A stretch of DNA of 64,000 nucleotides. Origin: Yuukianura sp. NJ FZ-2021. Lineage: Eukaryota. Shown piece after piece: positions 1 through 12,339 of this stretch; position 1 is the first letter of the stretch, and each line of letters begins with the position of its first letter. The notes below the pieces were generated by a model that was given only the letters and a program-made list of their open reading frames with translations, did not search any database and had not been told where the DNA came from. A program made the position numbers and the translations under genes. The stretch spans positions 9,548,001-9,612,000 of the forward strand of contig CM102287.1 in NCBI GenBank assembly GCA_046563655.1, in the 5' to 3' direction.

Positions 1-98
1 AGTGGCGACTTACGGTGCCACTCAGGTGTAGCCACCCAATGTAGCCACTAAAAATGGCGAAGTGGATACAATGACGGTCGTTAATCCTTACCTCAACC
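1..98. repeat. Partial copy of a dispersed GTAGCCAC/GTGGC-rich repeat family (runs off the window start)
   Basis: Clustered GTAGCCAC/GTGGC motifs ending in GTTAATCCTTACCTCAACC (80-98). A nearly identical end occurs at 55079-55097 and a degenerate one at 3761-3778. Confidence 0.5.
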
Positions 99-1312
99 GA
101 TATTTTTTTTTCTCACAGTGAGGAGAAAGTTGAATTTTAAGTTTGAATTCTTTTGAATTGCTGCAAGATGCGTTTTTTAGACAAGTCTTTTTTAGATTTT
201 AAAAAATTTGAATGATGAGCTCAGGGGGAGATCAGGAGAGGTTCTGAGATAGGTGAGTCTCACAATTAAAAAATGTGAACTTCTCATTAAAAGGGAGGGG
301 ACTGTACTTTTTTTAAATTTCAAAAAAGATTCTAAAAAATTCACTTAAGTGAGTCCGTCTTTGTTCTTATTACTTTGCATAAATTTTGAATTCTGAGTTT
401 GTCTCCAAAGGGGGGGACTTAAGTCTCTCTTCTGCTTCGTTTTTATTGTTTTCAGTCAAAGCGTAACGGGATGCTTCATCTTGCTTATGGATCTTTGCAT
501 ATTCTTGATTCTTCAGAAGATTTACATAATTTGGAGACACTAATCTCCCCTCTCGCTCTCACCTTTTCACACCTTGGGAACACATTTCAAAAAAAAATTT
601 CAAAAAATTTGGACAATTTTTTTAGACTCTGAAATTTAAAAAAAGAGATTTGTTTTTTGTTTTTGGGTTTCGTTTGTAAGACGCCAATTAAAGCATGAAC
701 TTGGCCTTGACTTGAAGTTTGAGTGGGAAAAAATGGAAAAACTTGTTTTGTTTTTCAGAAAGAAAAAAAAAATGAAAAAAACGAGTTGTGGAGGTGGGAA
801 AATTGGAGAGAAGAAAAAAAGTAGTTTTAAACTCAACATTTTTGGCACTTAATTTTTACAAAAGCGGAGCTTGTTTTTGGATGTTTGTGAGAATAATGGG
901 AGCTCTTGTATGACTAGTTTTTTATTTCAGTTTTTGAATTTCTCGAATTTTTATCAAAAATGATTTAAAACTTTAATGCAAAGATAAACCAGAATTTTTT
1001 CCAAAAACTCGTTTTTGTTTTTCTGTCCAACTTTTCCTTTTCCGTTTTTCTTTAAAATTGACGTCAATTTTATTTTTGGACATCAAATGCGTCATTTCTC
1101 AAAACCAAAATTCAATTTTTGAAAAGAAATTGCTTTAAGAAAACTGTTTTATTGAAAACAAATGCTTCGGAACTTTTCATTTTGTTCAAAAAGAGACTGG
1201 GTTTAAACTTCAGAAAAATTTGAAATATGTTTACGAATGTAAAATCTAAGTTTTTTGAATCTTTAACTAATAAAATTTTGATTTTTTGTTGTTTTCAGTG
1301 TCAGTGACTGTG

Positions 1313-3212
1313 ATGCCGTCAAATGACTCGGAATTGCAACTTTTTCGGGTTCTGCAGCGTGCAAATTTGCTCAATTACTTTGATGTGATGATTGAACTGG
1401 GAGGAGACGATGTTCAGCAGTTGTGTGATGCTGGAGAAGAAGAATTTTTAGAAATTATGGCACTCATAGGAATGGCTTCCAAACCACTTCATGTGCGAAG
1501 ACTTCAAAAATCCCTTCAGGAATTTTTAACACATCCAAGTAATTAACAATTTCACAATTTCAATAGAATTTTAAGTTTAGATTTTCAGAAATTCTCAGTT
1601 TTTTTTCTCATCTTTTTCAGATTTGTTTCCAAATCCAATTCTGGGGCCACCACTATCAGCCTTTACACAAGGATCGACCAACTCCGACACAACAACCACT
1701 GCGACATCTACTACGTCAGTTTCGACATCTTCCAAAACGCAGTTACCGATACGACCAATACCGTTTCATTCCGGAGCTACGACATCAAACCATTTTAGTT
1801 CCAGTATCGCTCCAAGCACTGAAACTTCTAGACCCTACAATCCAAAATTTCATGCTCTGAGGACAGAACAACCCGGTAGCGCTGTTTGTCCTACCGTTAG
1901 CAGCGCAATAGCTTTAGGAGCAAGAGAAAGAAGCGATAGTCCATCCAAACCGACATCAGTTCCGGCAGGTCGAACCACTCCGAATCAAACCGGTACTCCG
2001 ACACCGGTCCAGCCCTTGTCAGAACCAAATTCAAATAATTCTCTTCCTTCTCCCGCTTCATCTACTTCTTCCAATTCAAATTCTGGATTCTCCGGAGCAC
2101 CTTTTACTCTACCGAATGGAATTAGCGTTCGGTTTCCTTCGGAACAACTTTTAGAGTCAAGGTTACGTGACGGAAAAACCGGAGACGATAGTAGGCCGCA
2201 GTCGAGACAAAGCGGAAATGGTTCGGAAAATCCGGACAGTCGAAACTCACTTTCTCCGGTACCGTTTCTCCAAGAATCGGAAATTGACAAAATACGAGAA
2301 TCGGCAATTCGGCTCATCCAAACTCTTCCGGAGGAATTTTTGGAGCCAAAGGTCACGGCGAAGAGAAAGGCAGCAAGTGATTTCGAGGTAATTTGCGGAA
2401 AAAAATGTGAAAAAAAGTGAAATTTTGAAGGTTTTTTTGAAATTGGCTTTTGTTTTTGAGCAGACTGTGATACGAATTCCAGATGAAGATCCTAAGAGAG
2501 TCGAGGAGATCCGGAAATACGCGACGATCTACGCCCGGTACAATTGCAAACGGAAAGCTCAAAAACCGTTAACAATTCACGAATTGTCGACAAACGAAGC
2601 TGCGAGTCAACTTTGTCTGAGACTGCCAGCACTTTTGACGAGGCGGGAAGATTTGAAATTACTTTCGAGAGAAGTTGTCAGAAATGCTGGTTTGCCTTAT
2701 TCCTCAATTATTTCTGCAACTTCGTTCAGAGACTTTGGACTTAACGGCAGAACGACACCGTTGGACACGGGAGGCAATGTAGAGAAATTTTTGAAATTTA
2801 TCAAAAACATATTTTTTTTTGAAGATTTTGAATTTTTCAATTCTTTGAAACAGGATCTGACTAGACCACGATCAGCTCCCTCGACACACTCAAATCCGAA
2901 CGTACCCGAAGACATGAGTCAAGCCAAGAACAGTCATCGCCCAGAGTCTAGTCCCGCCTCAACTGAATCTAAAACACCCTCGGATGTAAGTTTAAAGAAA
3001 GGAGAATGTTGACCTTTGACCTTTTTAAAATGTTGACCTTTAGACTCTTTTTATAGCTGACGATGATTCATGGACCTCGAAAGAGAGCAACGACAGCCCT
3101 TGCCTTGGTGACTTCTCCAAAAGAAAGAAAGTTGGACGATGATCTCAGCAGAAATTTTCAACCAAAGAATAATTGTTCTTCCTCTATCAAATATGAAGAT
3201 GACAATAGTTAG
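1313..3212 (+). CDS. nab: NGFI-A-binding protein (NAB family transcriptional corepressor), about 531 aa, 5 coding exons
   Basis: NCD1 ([55 protein letters not shown]) and NCD2 ([52 protein letters not shown]). Phase-consistent exons 1313-1538, 1621-2387, 2464-2778, 2854-2985, 3057-3212. C-terminal IKYE SUMO-type motif; AATAAA near 3329. The start may extend into an upstream exon (acceptor at 1298). Confidence 0.93.
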
Positions 3213-3359
3213 AGGCGGATTTTTTGAAAATGAAAAGGAAATGTTGTTTTGAATATTGAAATATTTTGGAAACTGAAATGTGCTCTTCAAAGGATCTTTT
3301 GATTTTTATATTTAAACTTTTCTTGTTAAATAAAGTTCAAACTATTCTACCAATTTAAG

Positions 3360-3778
3360 GGTTGAACACTTGAAATGTAGGCTGTACAACTAGCAACAGC
3401 TGAGGTGTGAAACCATTTAACTTATAGTTAGTTAATTATAACAAAATTAGTTTTGTTTACATTAGTTCTGTGCAGTTGAAATGTTAAAAAGGACGCCAAA
3501 GATCGTGACACCATCTCTTGTACCTATGATGAGAAACAAGTTTGAGGGTGGAGTAAGAACTAGTTGAAATAATTGTACCCACACATGGCACAACGTAGCC
3601 ACTCCGGTCATCTTTAGTGGCTACACTTAAGTGGCAACATGTGTAGCCACTTCAACCTGAGCTATGGTAAAGTGGCAACATACGTTGCTGCACAATTTAG
3701 CCACTTTTTGCAGCAAAGCAATAGAGTTACTTCATTTTGTGGCTGTTCCAACATTTTGTCTTAAGCCTTACTCCAACT
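3360..3778. repeat. Copy of the GTAGCCAC/GTGGCAAC-rich dispersed repeat family
   Basis: Begins GGTTGAACACTT (compare GGTTGAATAACTT at 54779). Contains several GTAGCCAC/GTGGCTAC/GTGGCAAC motifs (3590-3720) and ends TTAAGCCTTACTCCAAC. Confidence 0.4.
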
Positions 3779-6447
3779 GAAGAGTTGGACAGAAGGAAGG
3801 CGGACGGTGGCGGTAAAACAATTTTTGAATAGCTTGCAAGCGGTTCCGTCATTGTCGTCAGTCATTGTTCATTGCATCCAGCTCCCATCCCAGCATCCAG
3901 CATCCAGTATTTTCCAGTACTCGACTTCGGAACTAGTACTACTCCAATGGGCAACAGGTCAGAGGTAATCAAATTCATTTCACTAAAACTACAAAGTTAT
4001 TCAAGCGATAAGCGAATAGCGAAATGTACTGACTTTCTGTTGACGTTTCTATTAGCCAAAGCCCAGCCCAGTCGCCAACTAGAAGCATACGATTAACATT
4101 TTTCTTGTCATCTCTGGTCCGTGAAAGCGCCGAGTTACTGTTAATTAAAAATGGTTTCTGGTCCATGAACCCCATCAGGAGCAGGATTGGACTAAAACTC
4201 TCGAAGTACATACAGCAGTTGGAATGATTAGCAAGAATAAATTTGTGCGGAATATGGACTTCGTGTTGGGGAATAATGAATGGAGGGGGAGGCAGACAGA
4301 CGATTGAACTCGTGGAGCTACTCAGGGACCATTGTGGACTGTTGTTTGTGGCCATAAGAACCCAGATGCTGTAGACATTGCCTTCAAATGACATGGTTCT
4401 GTTGGATCCAGTCATTCACCTGGTTACCTTCCCTGTATGAGCTTAATTGGCCACCAACAACACAATACAAAAGTAGGAAAGAGGAAACAAACGCCTTGTA
4501 CGCACACTAAAATACACAGTTTATCCATTCAAACTTTTTATTGTGCCCACAGACTCTGACGATGATGGAGAAGTACATTTTGGATTCGGACTTCTCATGA
4601 TGATGATGATGGTTCTCATGACACGGATGATAAGAAGTATCCGCATAATAATGCCCCTTGGCTCTTCACATTTCGCAATTTGTCTTGTTCCCTTGAGAAG
4701 CATTAGTTTTCTCAGAACAAGTAAGATTCAGAAGACCATTTACATTTTGCGATTAGACTATGACTTATTAGTATTTATTGGTGTTCCAGATTTCTGAAAA
4801 ACCAACAAGTCACATCATCATCGCTTGGCTGAAAACCACAGGACCAGAGCTGACCTTAGGTTTGTGGGAGTTGTTGATTTAAGAAGAAGAGAGAGAGGGC
4901 GAGGGGTGATAATTGATAAGTCCAAAAGCGAGAAGAGTTGTATTTGTATGTGGGCTGAAAAAGTTGGTGGTTGGACTTCCATAGTAGTATCATGGACACG
5001 ATGAGTCTTTTTGCATGCTAAGCCCACATACTAAACTAAACTCGTAGTAACTACTACTATACGTAAAAGTCAAAATGTAGTTGCTAAGCAATGGTCTTTG
5101 GATGCAAATGACCGGCGTAAACTGTTGAGACAGTTATTGAGGTTTTATTTCATTAGTTCTTTGGTCTCTGTTTCTAGGTTCTCGTCTATCCCCGGGAGTG
5201 TCTCCACCCTAAAACCAAATGCATGAACTGTTCAACATAAAACCAAGCCTTTAGTCGTCCGTTTGAAAAACTGCACAAGGAAACGAACGAGACGAGACAT
5301 CAGACTCATTCATAACCCATTTAACGATATTCTAGACTCTACACACACACATTAACAAGAAGAAGGAGACTCATCCCCAGCATATACTAAAACCGATGGA
5401 AGTTGGAAGACTTTACTTTTTCTACTATTCTTTGCCCATGTTACGCAAACTGGTGGTTCTGCTGGTCTGAAAAGCCAAAGTTTTAAGCCAGTGAAGCTGT
5501 TCTAGTCGTCTCCAACATTAGCTGATGGGCTGGGAGGTGACTTTTTCGTTTGAAGTGGATGTGAGAAAACGGGTGCCAACGTGGATTGGAATGTTGGAGG
5601 CGAGGAGAGAACTTTTGCAGGGGAAAAATCTGGGATGGGCTCATGTGGACAAGTGAAGATTCCGCTGGGTTCATTCATTCACTTCCCAGACTCGTAACCT
5701 CACTTGCTAAAAAGTCGGGATTTACTTTTTAATACTATATAATAATTCAAGTTCAATCTTAACTAATCATCGTGACCTTAAATCTGACCAGGTCACGAGT
5801 GACACGGTGGAGCAAGAGAGCGGTGGAGACAAGAAAACCGGAATTTGCCAGCTGGTGCCGGGAGAGTCAAGTATACTGGCAGTATTTGGCAGTATTATAA
5901 TCAATTGGCAGTATTTGCTTTCAACTCCAGCTTTCACTTTGCGTCTTCCGGACCGTTATTTGAACTTGTCTGAGATCATTGTGAAAGCTGATTTTGATTA
6001 GCAGTTGAAAATCAACAGAAACTCTATGCAATTTTGGAAAGTGGGGCAGTATTTGAGTAAGTAATTGATTAATCAATTAGTTAAAGGTTAATTTACTTTG
6101 TTTACCAAGGAATAAGCTCAACCTGTTGAACGAAGTGCGAATCGCTGGATGGACTTTGCGCTGATCTTGTTGGGGGCGGACTATATGGCTGGAGGTGGAC
6201 TTTGCGCAGAGGGCTGATCGCTGCTGGAGTAAAAGTAAAGACTTCGCAGCTTTTTTTTTTTGTTAAATTTCGTTTATTTGGATTACTATTTTTTTGGAAC
6301 TTGACTTTTTAGAATTATTACAAAATAAAACGATGAATGAAGTCTTGTGGGAAGAGCCAATAAACAACAGGAATTGAGAGGGACTTTGGCAGACGAACAA
6401 CCAAGAGGGGAAGGAGACCGGTTAGAGCTGCAGCACTTTTCAATAAA

Positions 6448-7282
6448 TTAACCGTGGTATCCACCATATCCTGCAAATTTTGAAAAAGTAATTTTGAAAT
6501 TTTGGTTTTCAGAAAATGGAAATGAAGAAATTTCGATTTGGACACTTACCACCATATCCACGACCGAATCCTCCTGAGAATTTGAACAAAAATTAACTTC
6601 AAAAACTAATTTTTTGACTTAATTTTTTGTATTCTTGGTCATTTATTACCGAATCCTCCGTATCCACCTCCGTAGCCACCGAATCCACCTCCGTATCCGA
6701 GTCCGTAACCACCTCCGTAGCCTCCGTAACCGCCATAACCACCTCCGTAACCTCCATAACCACCTCCGTATCCGAGTCCTCCGTAGCCGAGTCCACCATA
6801 TCCGCCGTATCCACCATAACCTCCATAACCACCTACAGAATTTGTATAAAAGTTAGATTTTTTATCCAAATTTTGAAATTTTATAAAATTCTTTGAAAAT
6901 CGGCTTTTAAAAAACTGAAACGTTGTTTAAAATCTCGGAGGATTTCGGAAAAGGAACTGCCCAAAGAAAAACCAAATGGCTCATTTACCATAACCTGTTA
7001 AACAAATCAAAGAAAAATCATGAATTTCAAAATAGTTCAAAAATTGAAGATTTTTGAAAGATTTTTAAAATTCGTTTTTCTGAATTTGCGAATTTCTTAC
7101 CATAAAGTCGGCCTTCAGCCGTTTGCAATTCCTCCTTCTTCTCTTCGGCAGCAAAAGCCAAAGCGGCGAATCCGAAGAGAGCAAGAGCGATCTAACCAAA
7201 AAATGTTAAATTTTAAAATTTCCAAAAACTGAAAATTTTTTAAATTTTGAAATTTTGAAATTCTTACAACGATCTTTGCCAT
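6448..7282 (-). CDS. Secreted glycine/tyrosine-rich (GGYG-repeat) protein, about 113 aa; cuticular or antimicrobial-peptide-like
   Basis: Exons 7268-7282, 7101-7191, (6989-6994), 6650-6832, 6550-6573, 6448-6470 with canonical splice sites give signal peptide MAKIVIALALFGFAALAFA, acidic pro-segment AEEKKEELQTAE, then GGYG repeats ending GYHG*. AATAAA on the minus strand at about 6273-6278. Confidence 0.88.
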
Positions 7283-7332
7283 TGTTGTTTGGTTTGGTTT
7301 GTTAGTTGAGATAGAACTGTGAATTGATGAGT

Positions 7333-7367
7333 GAATGATTTGCTGGAGACTTGATGTTGTTTTTATA
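7333..7367 (-). promoter_or_regulatory. TATA box plus initiator of the Gly-rich gene
   Basis: Minus-strand TATAAAA at 7361-7367, with a TCATT initiator-like sequence about 30 nt downstream and about 50 nt upstream of the ATG. Confidence 0.6.
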
Positions 7368-10300
7368 CTAAACGAAGGACCCCCTTAGCCCCCCAAAACA
7401 AAAGGTGAGGTACTTAGGTTATGTTACTCACTTGGCACGGTGCACGACCGTGTCACTGGCACCAAGTCACCCCCCACCCCTTGCGAACCCCCCCCCCCCT
7501 CTAAGTTGAAGGGGGGGGGGTTTAGCTGCCAGTGCCAAGGAACCCCCCCCCCCTACATTAGTGTACCCCCACCGTATCAGCCCTTCACTTTACTGTTAAT
7601 TAGATCAACGAAATCGTAAGTTTTTTTCTGTGACAGGCCGTAACCAATTTGAGTCAATTACATGTGTGCAAAAACAGTGCAAATTTTTTGCACAAAACAA
7701 CAACAACATTACTCAAATCATCTGATGTGCATCTCAGAGTGGTTGGAGTGAGCGACATTGTCGCAAAAAAAATATTGCAAATATTGCAGTGAAACGGATG
7801 CGAACGCCCACGCCTAAAGCTTGGCCCTTTGCCATTTTGCTGTGACTTGTTTTGAATTGCGAAAATTTGCGAAAAAGACAAAACGCCTTTTTGCGAAAAT
7901 ACGAAAACCACCCCCACTGCAGCGTTGATGTTGCGTATGCCGGCGGAATTTCAAAGTAGTTAGATCAGAATTAGAACAATGGAAATTAAAAGGTGCTCTT
8001 AATGAATTTCCGGTAGGACAGTCACACACACTTGCAAAAAAGTTTGCAAAAGTTGTATTTCCAAGTGCCAAATTTTGATAGTACTTTGCAAAATTAACAA
8101 AAACGGAAGTATTACTATAATAAACTTTAACTGCACTTAAGGCGTCAAAACATTTTGCAAAAAATATGCCCTTAATTTTTTAATTGCCTCCAAAGTGTTT
8201 GCTCTCTCGATGTCAAAAGTTGCTCAAATTTGCGAACCGTATCGCAAAAATTATTGCGAATTTCGAGGAATTGATTTAGTTCATTCCGAGCTTTCGTTAC
8301 GTCACGAATTTGTGCAACAATGCAAAAGTTTTTGAGGTTGATCTCAATCTACAATTTCATGACAAGCAAAAAATTGCAATTTTTGTCATTTTTGCACAAA
8401 ATTGAAATTTTTGTCATTTTTGCAAAAAGTGACGAAAATTAGTTTGACCTTTGAGAGTACAAGAATCAGAGCTGAAAATGTAATTTTATGGTCATTTTGT
8501 GGTGACAGCACGAGGCAACAACATACTCAGGTAGTATACTCCGTAAGTGTGCAAATATTTTGCGAATGGCAATGGGGAATTTTGCAAATTGTGCAAAAAT
8601 GGCCCTGTAGAGACACAAAAACTAACACGGTTCAATTGTTGGTTGTTGAAATCCTTCCTTCATATCCGCTTTGTGTCAAAAATTGACCAGTTAGGTACAG
8701 TGTCACGTTTGTTAACTTAAGAACTAAAGATTTAATCCTATCTTTTGAACAATTTTTAGAAACTGAAATTGGGGGAGTGGAAAAGGTCATGACCTTGTGA
8801 AAGGTCACGACTTAATTTTGGTCTTAGTAGGGTGTAGTTAGGAAAGTGTAGTCAAGTGGAGTAAAAGTTTCGTCACGGTAGTAAAAACGTATTAAAAAGT
8901 AAAACTAATTGAGACACTGCCTGGAACCATTGTCCTTTCAAAGCCACTCACGCTTAGATTGACGCGTGCAAATTAATTTGCAAAAAAGTTGCTCAAATGT
9001 GCGAAAATTTTTGCACAAAACTTTTGATTTGTATGCTGCTTAAAACCGCCAAGCGGAACTTTTTCCAAAATTATTCCCTGCTGCATCATCGGGTTTAAAG
9101 TTTACAATCAAATATCGCCCTATTGAATCGATAATGAATTAATATGTATAAAATAATACAAAAAATAATTAAACAAAATTAAGTTTTTTTCATAAAAAAA
9201 AGTTCCTTGAAGTTGTAAAGTTTCTGACAAGTTAATTTTTTGATTGGTTGCACATTGAAGTGTCGTTTTCCTTCTGGACTGATAGGAGATCGACAACCTT
9301 TGCTAAAATTTCGCAATGAGTCGTAAAAAACAAAAGCAGTGCGATTAAAAATCTGCATAATTCTAATACTTTTTTGCATTCGTTTTGCTTTTGGTCCCTG
9401 AGCAAAAAGAAATGCAGGAAACAGCAAACATTTATCAATTTTTGAAGTCCCTCTCTCTTTTTCTCGTCCATTGAAAATGGGAAGGCTTGCCAATTTTTTT
9501 GCAAATTGCAAATCTTTGTCAGAGGCCATCAGTAGTCCTCATACGCTCATCGTGATCATAATGGTCATCGCATTTTCTTTTGTGCAAAAACGATTTTTTG
9601 CAAATTGGAGATCATTGACACGCGGCTTCCTTCTTTTTTTCTCCTTCGGTTTTTTTTTTCATTTGCCAAATTTTTTGGCGTGTTCCTTGCTCTACTTTTT
9701 TTTTTCAAAAAAACCAAAAACTTTCTGCTCAATTTGTTTCAATCGAATGTCTTACATAAGTTCAAACTAAAAAGCAAATGCCGGAATTGCATTTAACGTA
9801 GTGCATACATGCGACAGCTGTTGCTGATTATGAATTATGATTGCAGAATTATTTGCAAAATCTCAATTTGCAAAATTTGTTATTTAGTTCAAGACAAAAA
9901 GAAAATGAGACAGACGCGAAAAGGAGGAGCTGCACGACGTGCTTCCAATTTCTAATTGTTTGAAGTGTTTGTTTCATTTTTTGTTTACGAATAGGTTAAT
10001 AACCTAACCTGAATAGGTTATGACTTATGTTGGACTAACTAATGTTAACATAACGAATTGGCATAGAATTTGGAGTAGATTTTTTCCCTAGGTCCAATTT
10101 CTCACGTCTCCTGTTAACTTTGAAGGGAGTAATTAGACCTAATGGAAATCAAGATTAATTCAATTGGAAATTATTGCAAACCCCAATTTGCAAAATAACA
10201 ATTGTTTGCTCAAAAATCCTTTCAAATGTAGCACAACTCCCACAATTCATAAACTTCGTACTACCAAAGTCCTTCTCAAGTGTAATTTAATAATCGAATG

Positions 10301-10754
10301 ACTAAACTAGTTAATTAAACATCTTAATTAATCGTAGTTAATCGACCTTTCACCACGATTTAATCTTAGATCTTGAAGGCTCCTATTCATAAGTCATGAT
10401 TTGTAACAATTTTCGGACTTTTTAACAAAAAAAAACGCAAAAAAACTGAAAAATTTTTCAGTTTCTTGAAGCATTAAAACTTGTCCATATTTCGGGAAAT
10501 TTTTATAACTTTCAAGTCTATTGGCAATTGCTTTCCAATAACTTTCACTCGAAATTTTCCAAAATTTTGATTTCGACATACATTTTGTTTTATGCATGAT
10601 ACCTGCTAACCTATGGCAAGTAACTTGTATAAGTTTAAAAAAATTTAGTTTTTCATATCGGAGCAATATAATTTATTACAAATCTTGGCACAAGTTATTT
10701 TATAACCAAAAAATACTCAATTTTTCTGAACTTTGAAGTAAATCGCTGCAGCGA

Positions 10755-11465
10755 TTAATCAGCCGCTGCAAAAAGGGCAGCGACACAACAAACGCAACAA
10801 GCCATTAGGATTGAAATTGCACCAAAAACGATAACGATCAATACAACCCAGAAAGCAAAGAAGAATAACGTAGGATGACAGTAGTGACTGACAGCGGGAG
10901 TAACTACTGCAGCAGCAGCAGCAGCAGTATCAGCCACCGCAGTATCGTTTCCAGCCACTTCTCTCTTGACAATTTCAGCGTCAGCATTTGAAGTCGCTCC
11001 AAGGTCAGCCGCTTCTTGGTCCACTTCAAGTACTTTGTAAGTAGACAGTACTTGGACACAGAGGTAGACAAATACAATGAATTTGATCAATCTAAGCAAG
11101 TTGAGACATGCGTACTTGAAGTCCTCTGAGTCGTGCCCTTCTTCTGTCGCTTGATATCGAACGCGCCCTTCGAATATTGAGAGGACCAGGGCAAGGGCCC
11201 CTGAGATGATAAGGGTCATGGCCAAGTGGGGGGACCCTGGACAGAACGAAGCGTCGTAGTACAGACTTCCGATGACAATGGCAGCGATAGAAACCATGTT
11301 GAATATCGCCAGCACAATCAGCGATGCTACGAGCGAGCAGCACATTGCTGTGAGTTCAGCCAAACATCCTTGGTCCTTCCGTCGACTTGTTGAAGCCTTG
11401 GGCTGCTTTTTTCCCAGAAGTGGGTCACGCTTGGACTGGCCTGCCTCGCTTTCAACGTCTGACAT
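10755..11465 (-). CDS. TMEM272-like four-pass membrane protein, about 236 aa, single coding exon
   Basis: Four hydrophobic segments, CP..PHLAMTLIISG after TM1, YCHPTLFFFAFW before TM4 and a Cys-rich C-terminus (ACCVCC). ATG of MSDVESE at 11465. Confidence 0.75.
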   Translation of the reverse strand: MSDVESEAGQSKRDPLLGKKQPKASTSRRKDQGCLAELTAMCCSLVASLIVLAIFNMVSIAAIVIGSLYYDASFCPGSPHLAMTLIISGALALVLSIFEGRVRYQATEEGHDSEDFKYACLNLLRLIKFIVFVYLCVQVLSTYKVLEVDQEAADLGATSNADAEIVKREVAGNDTAVADTAAAAAAVVTPAVSHYCHPTLFFFAFWVVLIVIVFGAISILMACCVCCVAALFAAAD

Positions 11466-12339
11466 TTTCGAAATTTCTAAATTCAAAAAATTTCCAAAAT
11501 CGATAATTTTAGATTATTGAATCTCGAAATTTTAGTTGTTACAGAGGAAACCTCAGGAAAAACTGAAAGAATTAAAAAACCGTTTTCTAGAGGGGGTTAA
11601 TTTGGTAAAAAGTTAAGTGGCGTTTTAACTCTTTAATAATTTAAAAAGTTGAATTTGGGATTTGATGACGAAGCTTACCTTTCAAAACTCAAAAATTTCT
11701 TGGTGCAAAAATTTCATCAACTTTTTCCAAATTTTGAAAAAAGTTGGTTTTCTTCAAAAAGCGATGTTCATCCTTAAAGTTCCGGAGTGCCAATGTTTAA
11801 AAGTAGAGTCAAAACGGAACTGACGAAAAGTCGTCCATAATCCAAAAGTTTTGGTTCCTGCGGCTCATACGAATTTTTTGATCGCTTCAATGCTGATTGT
11901 ATGTAAGATTGTGTTAATTAACCGCTGCGGTTAACATTGTATGCTTTGAGATGGGTAAAGCAGCGATGCGGTTAGTTCGAGCGGTTAGTCACAGCATAGA
12001 GATTTCAGCGTCTCAATCGCTGCTCAATTCAGCGATTAAGATTAAGTTATTCATTAGTAATTGTGATCTTTAACAGTTTAGCGTCTTTGTTTTTGATCGT
12101 AGAGATTTTAGTTTTGGAGCAACTTTAACCGCAGGAGGAGAAGATTATAGTGGCATAAGTTAAATTTTGATTAGGTTAACTGTTTAATTTTAAATCGCAG
12201 TTAACTAATTCTTGTCTAAGTAAAGATTAAATTGTGGCCAAGAAAAAGACAACATGCATAGTGCATCAGTATTCTACCGCCACTTTGGAGTAGATCAAAG
12301 CCTAATCTTGTGGCATTTCGTTTGTCAATTCATGGAGTT

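Noticed and set aside
5878..6053. Four GGCAGTATT copies resembling miR-8/miR-200 seed matches
   Set aside because: They lie well past the nab poly(A) signal and on the wrong strand for the Gly-rich gene; no transcript to assign them to.
3800..6240. Short ORFs (e.g. 3975..4415-, 4543..4797+) in a compositionally distinct block
   Set aside because: No recognisable domain, consistent splice structure, TIR/LTR or TSD found; possibly a decayed insertion, but unsupported.
6599..6896. Alternative-frame ORFs (Ser/Thr-rich, Arg/His-rich, Val/Glu-rich)
   Set aside because: Shadows of the GGYG codon repeat; only the Gly/Tyr frame joins a signal-peptide exon.
7431..7552. C10/G10 hairpin and CTTGGCAC...GTGCCAAG inverted repeat upstream of the Gly-rich gene
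   Set aside because: Short and low in complexity, with no TSD or second copy in the window.
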